Assembly (NCBI GenBank): GCA_026391835.1
Contig: JAPLDF010000068.1
Span: forward strand, 188,101 to 252,100
Direction of reading: 5' to 3'
DNA: 64,000 nucleotides
Origin: Bacteroidota bacterium
GTDB lineage: Bacteria > Bacteroidota > Bacteroidia > Bacteroidales > FEN-979
Shown here: one piece after another, positions 56,130 through 64,000 of the stretch
How positions within the stretch are numbered: the stretch's first letter is position 1
Layout of the letters: each line of letters opens with the position of its first letter
The notes under the pieces: generated by a model
Databases searched by the model: none
What the model was told of the DNA's origin: nothing
The model's input: only the letters and a program-made list of their open reading frames with translations
Made by a program: the position numbers and the translations under genes

Positions 56130-57498
56130 CGATAGCATACTTTTTAATCTTCCTGCTTAGGGCATCACGGTGTATTCCAAGGGCATTGGCGGCGGCCTGC
56201 TGGTTGTAGTTGGCTTTTTTGAGCGCCTTTTGTATCAGTCGGACCTCGTTGTTTTTCAGGTTCACTGAATCGACTTCATCCGCCGGTGGCGTTTTTATTT
56301 TTGGTGCTACAGGGAAATCATTGGCCCCAAGCGTGTTTCCCTTGCACAAAATGATGGCTCTTTCAGCCAGGTTTTTCAGTTCCCTCACATTTCCCGGGAA
56401 ATCATATTTCATAAGGAGATCAAAAACTTCAGTTGAAACGCGCAGGCTTGGTTTATTGAATTTCGTGGCAAAAACATCGACAAAATGGGTCAGCAGGGGT
56501 TTGATGTCTTCGGGTCTTTCCCTGAGCGCCGGGATATGTATATGCAGCGTATTGAGCCTGTGCAGCAGGTCGAGCCTGAATTTCTTCTTCTCCACCCTTT
56601 TGTTGATGTCATGGTTTGTGGCCGAAATAATACGGAAGTTGGTACGGATCTGGGCTGTATCCCCAACCCTGGTAACCACCTTTTCTTCGGAAGCACGCAG
56701 AATTTTCGCCTGCAGGTTCAAAGGCATGTCAGCGATCTCATCAAGAAAAAGGGTCCCGCCGTTACACAACTCGAAAAAGCCCATTTTATCGGTGATGGCC
56801 CCGGTAAAAGAGCCTTTTTTGTGTCCGAAAAACTCGCTCTCCAACAGCGTTTCCGTAATTGCGCTGCTGTTAACAGCCCCAAAAATATGGTCCTTCCTGA
56901 TGCCTGAATAGTGTATGATCCTGGCAATGTTCTCCTTTCCCGTACCACTCTCCCCGGTGATCAGAACATTGGCGTCGGGATAATTTGCCGCGGCCAGCGC
57001 CTGGTCAAATACTTCCAAAATCTTCGGGCTGACGCCGATAAACTGCCGGTCGATTTTTTCTTCAAGGGATTTTGAGATCAATGAATTTTTCTCTTCCATC
57101 TGCTTCAGCCTTCGCTGCATCTGAAGATATTTCTGGGTGCGCTCAATGGCAATCTGGATGTCGAGGAACCTGAAGGGTTTGCGCAGGTAATCGAACGCAC
57201 CGAGCCGCATGGCTTTGATCACGGTATCCATATCGCCGTGCGCCGAAATGATGATGACTTCCATGAAGGGGTAATCATTTTTCACCTCCTTCAGGATATC
57301 CAGGCCATTTACGCCTGGAAGCCTGACGTCGAGGATGAGGAGGTCGATTGCGTGGCTGGTCAGGATCTTCTTTCCTTCGGCTGCAGTGTTGGCCTCGAAG
57401 GAATCAAAGTTCGAATCCACAAAAAAACCACTCAACTCTTCTGTAAACTGTTTCTCATCATCAAGGATCAGGATCTTTATCTTGTCTTTTCCTTCCAT
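56107..57498 (-). CDS. sigma-54-dependent response regulator (NtrC/Fis family enhancer-binding protein)
   Basis: REC domain (LLILDVRLPGVNG). AAA+ domain with GESGTGKE, the GAFTGA-like loop GSFTGA and ESEFFGH. C-terminal Fis-type HTH NYNQQAAANALGIHRDALSRKIKKY. Confidence 0.92.
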   Translation of the reverse strand: MEGKDKIKILILDDEKQFTEELSGFFVDSNFDSFEANTAAEGKKILTSHAIDLLILDVRLPGVNGLDILKEVKNDYPFMEVIIISAHGDMDTVIKAMRLGAFDYLRKPFRFLDIQIAIERTQKYLQMQRRLKQMEEKNSLISKSLEEKIDRQFIGVSPKILEVFDQALAAANYPDANVLITGESGTGKENIARIIHYSGIRKDHIFGAVNSSAITETLLESEFFGHKKGSFTGAITDKMGFFELCNGGTLFLDEIADMPLNLQAKILRASEEKVVTRVGDTAQIRTNFRIISATNHDINKRVEKKKFRLDLLHRLNTLHIHIPALRERPEDIKPLLTHFVDVFATKFNKPSLRVSTEVFDLLMKYDFPGNVRELKNLAERAIILCKGNTLGANDFPVAPKIKTPPADEVDSVNLKNNEVRLIQKALKKANYNQQAAANALGIHRDALSRKIKKYAIATLDPGC

Positions 57499-57506
57499 AT
57501 TATCTT

Positions 57507-60500
57507 TTACTTTTGAATGTTCAGTACAATTTTAACCGTTGTTCCCTGCATCATGTTGCTCGCAATGTCAATGGTTCCGTCCATTGCCTTTATAATCTGA
57601 TAGCAAATGGATAATCCGAGGCCGGTTCCCTTTCCCTCGTCCTTGGTCGTATAAAAAGGGAGCAGGATATGGTTGATATCATCATTGCTGATGCCTATGC
57701 CATTGTCTGACACTTCAACGATCAGCGACAGATTTTCCTGGTATGACCTGATACCGACAATCAATTCGGTAAATCCATCCTGGTGGCTTTTTTTGTCGAT
57801 CACCGCATCTTTGGCATTTACCAGCAGGTTTATGATAACCTGTTCAAATTCATAGGTATTTCCAAATATCTGGGGAAGCTGTTTTTCAAGGTCAAGGTTG
57901 AGGCTTATTCCAAGGTGTTTGAACTGTTCAGCGATCATTGAAACACCATTTTCGATGCTTGCGTTGATATCGAAAGCCGTCAGCACATAATCATCATGGC
58001 TTCTCGAAAATGCCCTGACATGATCAATGATGTTCCTGATCCTGGTGATATTTTCAAAGATCTTTTCCGATTTGGCTGTCAGGAACCCGACGTCGACCGA
58101 TGCGGTTTTTGCCGTCTCGAACAGGATTTTATCCATCACCATTGAGATGATATTAAGCGGCTGGTTGATCTCATGGGCAATACCCGAAGCCATCTCGCCA
58201 AGGTTGGCCATCCGGTCGGCATGCATCTGTTTTGTCTCGGTTTTTTTGCGCTGCGATATATCACGGACAATGATCATAAACGACAAGGGGTTGCCCCCAG
58301 GGTCCTGGATCAACGTTGTGCTGATTTCGGCGGGGAACAGGGACTGGTTTCTTTTTCTGATCTTCAGCTCAATATTCTGAGCCAGCCCTTCGTTCATAGT
58401 CTTTTCATACAAATCACGGAGGGCATCCCGTTCTTCGGAAGGTACGAAGAGCATGGCACTTTTCCCGACCAGGTCATTGCGGGAGATGGCGCCGAACAAT
58501 TCAAGACCGATTTCGGATGCTTCGGTAATGATGCCATTGAGGTCGATCAGTAAAATTCCATCCGGCGAAGCGTTTAGCATTGTTTTGTATTTTTCTTCGC
58601 TGACTTTTCTCGCCTGTTCGGCCAGTTTGAGGTCGGTGATGTCCTCGGAGATGCCCAGCAGGTATTCCGGTTCACCGTTGGCGTTAAACATGGGCACTTT
58701 CTGGGTATGCAGGATCCGAAGCCCTTTGTTCCTGGTCTGTATCGGCTCTTCGGGGATGTCGATCATGACCCTGTTGCGTATCACTTCGCGGTCCTTTTCC
58801 ACAAAGCTGTCGGCCTGTTCTTTAGAAAAGAAATCATAATCACTTTTACCGACAAGATCTTCCATGGTGTAGCCCAGCAGGTTCTCCCCGGCCCGGTTGA
58901 TACGGACAAAACGGAAGTCCACTGCGTCCTTGATAAATATCATATCCGGAATATTGTCAATGACCGAATCCAGGAAATTGTTCACCCGGCGTATCTCCTC
59001 ATCGGCCAGCTTGCGCCGGGTAATGTCACGTATGATCCCGGTGAAAAACTTGCCCGAAGCTGTCTCCCACGCCGCCAGGGAAATTTCTATCGGGAACTCA
59101 TTGCCGTTTTTATGCAACCCGAAGAGTTCCACTGTTTTTCCAATAAAATGGCTGTCTCCTCCCCTGATGATCCGTTCGATATATTCAGTGTGCTCCCGGG
59201 CATATTGCTGCGGCATGATTGTCTTGAGATTTTTTCCGACAATTTCGTCATGAGTATAGCCGAATACTCTTTCTGCACCTTTGTTCCAGCCAATGATGAT
59301 CCCGCCGCTGTTGGCTGAGATGATCGCATCGTTCGCCGACTGCGTCACAGCACGGAACCGCTCTTCGCTTTCACGAAGCATCTCCTCCGCCTGTTTCCGA
59401 TTGGTGATGTCATGAACAACGGTATACCGGAACTTTTTATCCTGGATTTGGATAATTTCAGCCGAAAGCAGGACATGTTTGATCTCGCCGTTCTTCGCCC
59501 TTAGGGTTGCTTCGAGATTCGATTCATTCTGCCTGACTGCTATCGCTTTCATGAGCCCTTTTAAACTTTCATCGGTTAAAATACCCAGTTCCAGAGCCGT
59601 TTTGCCAATCACTTCATCCTTGTCAAATCCCAGCAGGTTATAAAATGCTTCATTCACTTCGATGTATTCGCCGGTAACATAATCGCTCAATCCGCAAGCG
59701 GATGGATTGAGATAGAACACTTTGGAGAATTTCTCCTCCGACAGTTTAATCTGGGTAATGTCTTTACTGACCCCGAAAATTACCGGTTTCCCATCCCAAT
59801 AGCCCTTCGACACCTTTGTTTCAACGGCGATGTGAATTCCGGATTTGGTCATAATAGGAATGGGGCAGAATGCGGTTACTCCAAGCAACATCTCATCGAT
59901 GATTCTTGCGGCCTCAATACGGAGTTCAGGCGGATGAACCATGAGCATTGAATTTCCGAAAAGTTCTTCGTGCTCGTAACCGAGCCGGTCAGTAACGGTT
60001 TTATTGGCGTGAACAATGTTCCCCTGAACATCGATCACAAAGAGGAAATCGTCAATGGCATTAAAAAAAGTCTCAAAGTTTTGCTGTGTTTGCTGCAGTA
60101 ATCTTTCGGTCTGTATACGACGTGTGATATCAATTACGTTTAACAGGCATTGCTGTTCGTTTGCAAAAACGATTCCTTCGATATGGACATTTGCCGGCTG
60201 CCCCCCCCCGGCTTCTATGATTATTTCACATATTTGCTTGGTTTTCGTTTTCAAAACAGCTTGAAAAAAAGCATTGAAAGAATGACGTGTTTTCTTTGAA
60301 ACAAAGTCATCGAAATGAAGGTTCATCAAGCGTGAACGCTCACTTCCAAGCATGCGTGCACCGCTGTGGTTGAGCTCCTCGATTGCTTTTTCCTTCGACA
60401 GTGTAAAATATGCCGACGGGGCGAAATCGTATAGTTCCGTATATTTCTGGGAAGCGATCTCTATTTTGATATTTGCCTGGAGAAGTTCTTCATTCTGCAT

Positions 60501-61298
60501 TTCAAGTTCAACCTGGTGCGTTCGCAGGTTTTCTTCCATCTCCTTCCGCTGAGAGATGTCCTTGGCAAAACCGAGAAACCGTGTTTCAGAAAGTTTAACT
60601 GCTTCCAAAACCATCCAGCGCGTTTTACCGTGTTTATCCCTGAACATCAAATCGGCCTGTGATGATCCGGTGCTGACCAATTTTCTGAGATGAGCCATAC
60701 CATCTTCGCGTGATTCTTCAGGAAGGAAATCTGAAAAAGACATTTCAAGCAATTGCTCCTTCGAATACCCGGTCATGCGGCATGCAGCAGGGTTTACCTC
60801 AATATATTTTCCTGTCTCATCAATGATAAAAACACCGTCGGGAGCATGGTCAATATAGTCCTTGTATTTTTGTTCGCTTATTGCAAGGGAAGTATTTAAT
60901 TTAATCAACTCCCGCCGGTTAACGGCCTCCCTGAGTTCGCGTTCTACAACCGGGATGAAGCGCGACATTTTTCCCTTGAGCAGGTAATCGTGCACGCCTG
61001 ATTTGATCAGTTCAACTGCCTTTTCCTCTCCGATCATCCCCGAAATAACAATAAACGGAATGTCGGTGCCATGGGCATGATAAATTTCGAGTGCCGATTG
61101 GACACTGAAACGGGGCATGGAATAATCGGAAAGAATGATGTCCCAGCTGGTTTGTTCCAGCGCGGCCTGCATCTCCTCACCCGTCTCGATCCGCCGGTAG
61201 GTTACATTGTACCCTCCCGTCCTGAGCATCCGTATGTTGATCTCGGCATCAGCCTCGCTATCCTCGATAACCAGTACATTCAGGTTCTTTCCAGACAT
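57507..61298 (-). CDS. hybrid sensor: N-terminal receiver, about seven PAS domains, HisKA and HATPase
   Basis: 1263 aa. REC domain (DIILSDYSMPRFS), an internal HQVELEMQNEEL...YTELYDFAPSAYFTL cassette, H-box IAHEINQPLN and G-boxes DNGIGI and GTGLGL. Confidence 0.9.
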   Translation of the reverse strand: MSGKNLNVLVIEDSEADAEINIRMLRTGGYNVTYRRIETGEEMQAALEQTSWDIILSDYSMPRFSVQSALEIYHAHGTDIPFIVISGMIGEEKAVELIKSGVHDYLLKGKMSRFIPVVERELREAVNRRELIKLNTSLAISEQKYKDYIDHAPDGVFIIDETGKYIEVNPAACRMTGYSKEQLLEMSFSDFLPEESREDGMAHLRKLVSTGSSQADLMFRDKHGKTRWMVLEAVKLSETRFLGFAKDISQRKEMEENLRTHQVELEMQNEELLQANIKIEIASQKYTELYDFAPSAYFTLSKEKAIEELNHSGARMLGSERSRLMNLHFDDFVSKKTRHSFNAFFQAVLKTKTKQICEIIIEAGGGQPANVHIEGIVFANEQQCLLNVIDITRRIQTERLLQQTQQNFETFFNAIDDFLFVIDVQGNIVHANKTVTDRLGYEHEELFGNSMLMVHPPELRIEAARIIDEMLLGVTAFCPIPIMTKSGIHIAVETKVSKGYWDGKPVIFGVSKDITQIKLSEEKFSKVFYLNPSACGLSDYVTGEYIEVNEAFYNLLGFDKDEVIGKTALELGILTDESLKGLMKAIAVRQNESNLEATLRAKNGEIKHVLLSAEIIQIQDKKFRYTVVHDITNRKQAEEMLRESEERFRAVTQSANDAIISANSGGIIIGWNKGAERVFGYTHDEIVGKNLKTIMPQQYAREHTEYIERIIRGGDSHFIGKTVELFGLHKNGNEFPIEISLAAWETASGKFFTGIIRDITRRKLADEEIRRVNNFLDSVIDNIPDMIFIKDAVDFRFVRINRAGENLLGYTMEDLVGKSDYDFFSKEQADSFVEKDREVIRNRVMIDIPEEPIQTRNKGLRILHTQKVPMFNANGEPEYLLGISEDITDLKLAEQARKVSEEKYKTMLNASPDGILLIDLNGIITEASEIGLELFGAISRNDLVGKSAMLFVPSEERDALRDLYEKTMNEGLAQNIELKIRKRNQSLFPAEISTTLIQDPGGNPLSFMIIVRDISQRKKTETKQMHADRMANLGEMASGIAHEINQPLNIISMVMDKILFETAKTASVDVGFLTAKSEKIFENITRIRNIIDHVRAFSRSHDDYVLTAFDINASIENGVSMIAEQFKHLGISLNLDLEKQLPQIFGNTYEFEQVIINLLVNAKDAVIDKKSHQDGFTELIVGIRSYQENLSLIVEVSDNGIGISNDDINHILLPFYTTKDEGKGTGLGLSICYQIIKAMDGTIDIASNMMQGTTVKIVLNIQK

Positions 61299-61337
61299 AT
61301 TCTTACATTTTGAACAAAGTTATCGCTTAGTATGACA

Positions 61338-63476
61338 TTAATGGCACAGCCACTCTTTTGGTATCACCATCTTTTCCATCTTCTGGCTTTTGACGAATAC
61401 CGCAAGGTTGTCACTGCCCGTACGTTCAAAGAAGCCAACCCTGATTTTATGCAAGCCTCCGGCAAGCGCAATGCTCCCGGATTTTTCGGTCAGCCCGTGA
61501 AGGCCGTCGTTGTTTACCACAGGCACATCGTCGATCCACAGACGGCTGCCATCGTCGGAACCCGTATAAAAAATACAGACACTCGTTTCGGGGAGCATCA
61601 CGTACCCGTCATAGACAAACCCAAAAAGGTCGTCCCGGGTGCGCGGGGTGAATTGAAAATCAGGAATGATGCCCTCTCCCGCAGGTTTCAGTGTATTGAA
61701 ATCGGGTAGACTGTCCCAGGAGCCTTCAAAATACCTGTAATGCAATCCCGGTGCCACCCCGGCAGGGGGAGGTGTTGCAGCCTGCAGCGGGGTGGCTTTT
61801 GTGAATTCTTTTGAAACCGTACCACTTACGGGTTTGCCGTCGCGGAAACACCTGGCACTGATCACCGAGGTCGCTTTTACAAGGATCGGGTTTGAATACA
61901 GTGCCGAGGTTATTGCCGGCTCAGATTTTCCAATGTTGTACCTGATCTCAACGCGATCGCGGTCGCTGGCAAGGGAGACGAAAAGAGAATCGGTAAACGT
62001 GTCAAACCCGGTTTTAAATTCAGGCGGATCGGTGAGATCAGGTTTACCCTGTATGTTCAAGGCAATCACGCTGTTCACCGGATCAGGGGCTTTTGGTGGC
62101 AGCGTGATCACCAGGGCATCGCTTTTACGTGTGACGGTTAACGGGGACCTGCCGGGATCGGCCAGCAAATATGCTTTACCCGGCGTGTTCAGCACCCCCG
62201 ACAGGACAAGTTTGCCATTGGCGGGCCAGTCGAACACATGCAGGTAAAGAATGGCTCCAGTGGCAGTCAGTTTTTTGGTGCACCTCCCCCACTTCAGCTG
62301 GCTGAACGGGCTTGCCCCTGTGCCGTATATGGATTCACCGTTTACCTTCATCCATTTCCCGATTGCATCGAGCCGGCTGATGCTCTCCGGCGGAAACAGG
62401 CCTTCAGCCGTTGGCCCTACATTCAGCAGGTAATTGCCTCCTTTTGAAGCAATATCGGCCAGCATCCGGATGATCTCTCCGGCCGGTTTGAAATTCTTAT
62501 CGGCGCTGTTATAACCCCAGTGGTCGTTCATGGTCATGCAGGTTTCCCAATCCACCCCGGGAAGCCCGGTTGCGGGAATCTGTTGTTCGGGGGTGCCGAA
62601 ATCCCCGCCGAAAGCGCCTTCCGCAGTCAGCCCCTCCATGTCGAGCCTGCCCGCCCCCACCCGGTTGTTTACCAGGATGCCTGGCTGAATACTCTTTACA
62701 TAATTATAAATCTCTTTCCCGTACTTCTCGTTCCAGGTGCTTTCCCATTCGCCGTCGAACCATAAAACACCGATATCCCCGTAGTGGGAGAGCAACTCCT
62801 TCAGTTGTGCCTTCATGTAGGCAACATAGCGCGAAAAATCTGCTCCTTCGGCCGTACGATCCTTTTCCCATTCGCGTCGTGGAAGGTAATCGGGGTGGTG
62901 CCAGTCCATGATCGAATGATAAAAACAAAACTTCAGCCCGTATTTTTTACATGCTGCCGCAAGTTCAGTCATCGGATCGTGTTTAAAAGGTGTCGACATG
63001 ATGTTGAAATCGGTTAGTTTCGTGTCGAACATGCAAAACCCGTCATGGTGTTTCGAGGTGATCACAATGTATTTCATCCCGGCATCCCTGGCCATTCGCA
63101 CCCAGGCATCGGCGTCGAACTGCACCGGGTTGAATTTTGGACGGAACTGGTCATAGACCTCCAGTGGAATCTCGGCCGAAGTCCTGATCCATTCGCCATA
63201 ACCTGTTTTACCTTTCCACTCCCCCGCAGGAACCGCATACAGCCCCCAGTGGATGAACATACCGAAACGGGCATCGCGCCACCATTCCATTCGGTCGGGC
63301 TGGTCGCTGCGTAGGGATAACGGATCGGGAACCTGCGTAGGCGCTTGCTGGTCGCGGGGTGACAAAAAGGGAAGTTTGCCGGACGCGTCGGGGAGGTTTA
63401 CACCATTTTGTGCGCTGGTGCTGAGCAACCCGGCTGTATAAAAAAAGATAAAAATGAACAAAAAACGATTTTTCAT
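61338..63476 (-). CDS. secreted GH29 alpha-L-fucosidase with C-terminal PA14-like domain
   Basis: Signal peptide. WWRDARFGMFIHWGLYAVPAGEW and ITSKHHDGFCMFDT. The C-terminus is GLHYRYFEGSWD...YTGSDDGSRLWIDD. Confidence 0.85.
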   Translation of the reverse strand: MKNRFLFIFIFFYTAGLLSTSAQNGVNLPDASGKLPFLSPRDQQAPTQVPDPLSLRSDQPDRMEWWRDARFGMFIHWGLYAVPAGEWKGKTGYGEWIRTSAEIPLEVYDQFRPKFNPVQFDADAWVRMARDAGMKYIVITSKHHDGFCMFDTKLTDFNIMSTPFKHDPMTELAAACKKYGLKFCFYHSIMDWHHPDYLPRREWEKDRTAEGADFSRYVAYMKAQLKELLSHYGDIGVLWFDGEWESTWNEKYGKEIYNYVKSIQPGILVNNRVGAGRLDMEGLTAEGAFGGDFGTPEQQIPATGLPGVDWETCMTMNDHWGYNSADKNFKPAGEIIRMLADIASKGGNYLLNVGPTAEGLFPPESISRLDAIGKWMKVNGESIYGTGASPFSQLKWGRCTKKLTATGAILYLHVFDWPANGKLVLSGVLNTPGKAYLLADPGRSPLTVTRKSDALVITLPPKAPDPVNSVIALNIQGKPDLTDPPEFKTGFDTFTDSLFVSLASDRDRVEIRYNIGKSEPAITSALYSNPILVKATSVISARCFRDGKPVSGTVSKEFTKATPLQAATPPPAGVAPGLHYRYFEGSWDSLPDFNTLKPAGEGIIPDFQFTPRTRDDLFGFVYDGYVMLPETSVCIFYTGSDDGSRLWIDDVPVVNNDGLHGLTEKSGSIALAGGLHKIRVGFFERTGSDNLAVFVKSQKMEKMVIPKEWLCH

Positions 63477-63561
63477 GGCAAAAGGATTCTATGGTCAGTA
63501 AATGATTACCAAACCGTAAAAATAAGAAATTACGCTTAGAAATGCCTCAATTCTTCCGGGA

Positions 63562-64000
63562 TCACCTTGCCAGGGTAAATGTTCCGGTTGCGCGGTGCGT
63601 ATCTCCGGGGAACAGCCGGCTTTCATAGGTCGCATTGTAGGTATAAACATCCGGTTCGGCTTCTCTTCCTTTAACGCTGCCATCCCACCCGTCGGCGACG
63701 TTGTTTGATTCGAAGATGAGGGTTCCCCAGCGGTCATAGATCTGAAGGTTGTATTTGCCGATCTCGTTGCCAACCGGCCTGAAGAGATCATTCAGCCCGT
63801 CCCCGTTTGGCGTAAAGGCATTCGGGAACCAGATCAGCAGCGGGCAATCGTTAAACTGAAGGTTTGTTTTCACGATGCTGTCGCAACCCGAAGCCATCCG
63901 CAGGGTATCACGGTAAATCCCCGGAACGGTCTGCATGCCGTTCTGGGCCGGGTATGCCAGGCCCTTGCACAATGTGGTGTCAACCAGGGTTTCGGTGTTG
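63562..64000 (-). CDS. C-terminal part of a large T9SS type-B (gliding-motility CHU_C) sorting-domain protein; N-terminus lies beyond the window
   Basis: FPNAFTPNGDGLNDLFRPVG...YNLQIYDRWGTLIFES...GWDGSVKG...VYTYNATYE. The reading frame stays open to position 64000. Confidence 0.7.
   Translation of the reverse strand, partial: NTETLVDTTLCKGLAYPAQNGMQTVPGIYRDTLRMASGCDSIVKTNLQFNDCPLLIWFPNAFTPNGDGLNDLFRPVGNEIGKYNLQIYDRWGTLIFESNNVADGWDGSVKGREAEPDVYTYNATYESRLFPGDTHRATGTFTLAR

Noticed and set aside
63495-63791. 98-aa minus-strand ORF overlapping the T9SS type-B protein tail.
   Set aside because: It overlaps in a different frame with the strongly motif-supported CHU_C domain ORF (63562-64000) and has no motifs of its own.

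Overview
The window looks like a Bacteroidota-type chromosome segment. Support: T9SS type-A and type-B C-terminal sorting domains, TAnnTTTG-type -7 boxes, and a conserved guaB / parvulin PPIase / surA-like / moxR / pstSCAB block.

Layout:
- 1-30 kb: mostly housekeeping. ECF sigma module, POT peptide transporter, TIGR01212 radical SAM, pstSCAB, PPIases, guaB, a membrane multiheme cytochrome, cyclophilin, NhaD-like antiporter, carAB and a GH38 mannosidase-like gene.
- 30-41 kb: a minus-strand island of PAS-rich sensor kinases, including a CheB-CheR fusion.
- 41.4-55.2 kb: a compact, about 20-gene, minus-strand gas-vesicle (gvp) locus. It holds gvpA, two GvpJ-like genes, gvpN, gvpG, gvpK, a GvpO-like gene and five GvpF/L paralogues.
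- 55.5-61.3 kb: a TraB/GumN-like gene, a sigma-54 enhancer-binding response regulator and a large REC-PAS hybrid kinase.
- 61.3-64 kb: a GH29 fucosidase with a PA14-like tail, and a truncated T9SS type-B protein.

The most interesting signal is a full proteostasis set embedded in the gvp locus:
- a Cdc48-like double AAA+ ATPase, an ArsA/Get3-like ATPase and an Hsp20;
- a GvpF/L paralogue fused to a DnaJ J-domain (HPD motif);
- a free-standing 6x CxxCxGxG zinc-finger protein;
- two paralogous helical-repeat proteins sitting where gvpC normally lies.

Other anomalies:
- single in-frame TAG codons interrupt carA and a CheB-CheR-PAS gene;
- a near-perfect 24-bp x 10.6 minisatellite lies inside the radical SAM gene;
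- a 22-bp perfect inverted repeat brackets gvpN;
- several families of short-period intergenic tandem or nested inverted repeats occur.

No rRNA, tRNA, CRISPR array, transposase or integrase was recognised by eye.
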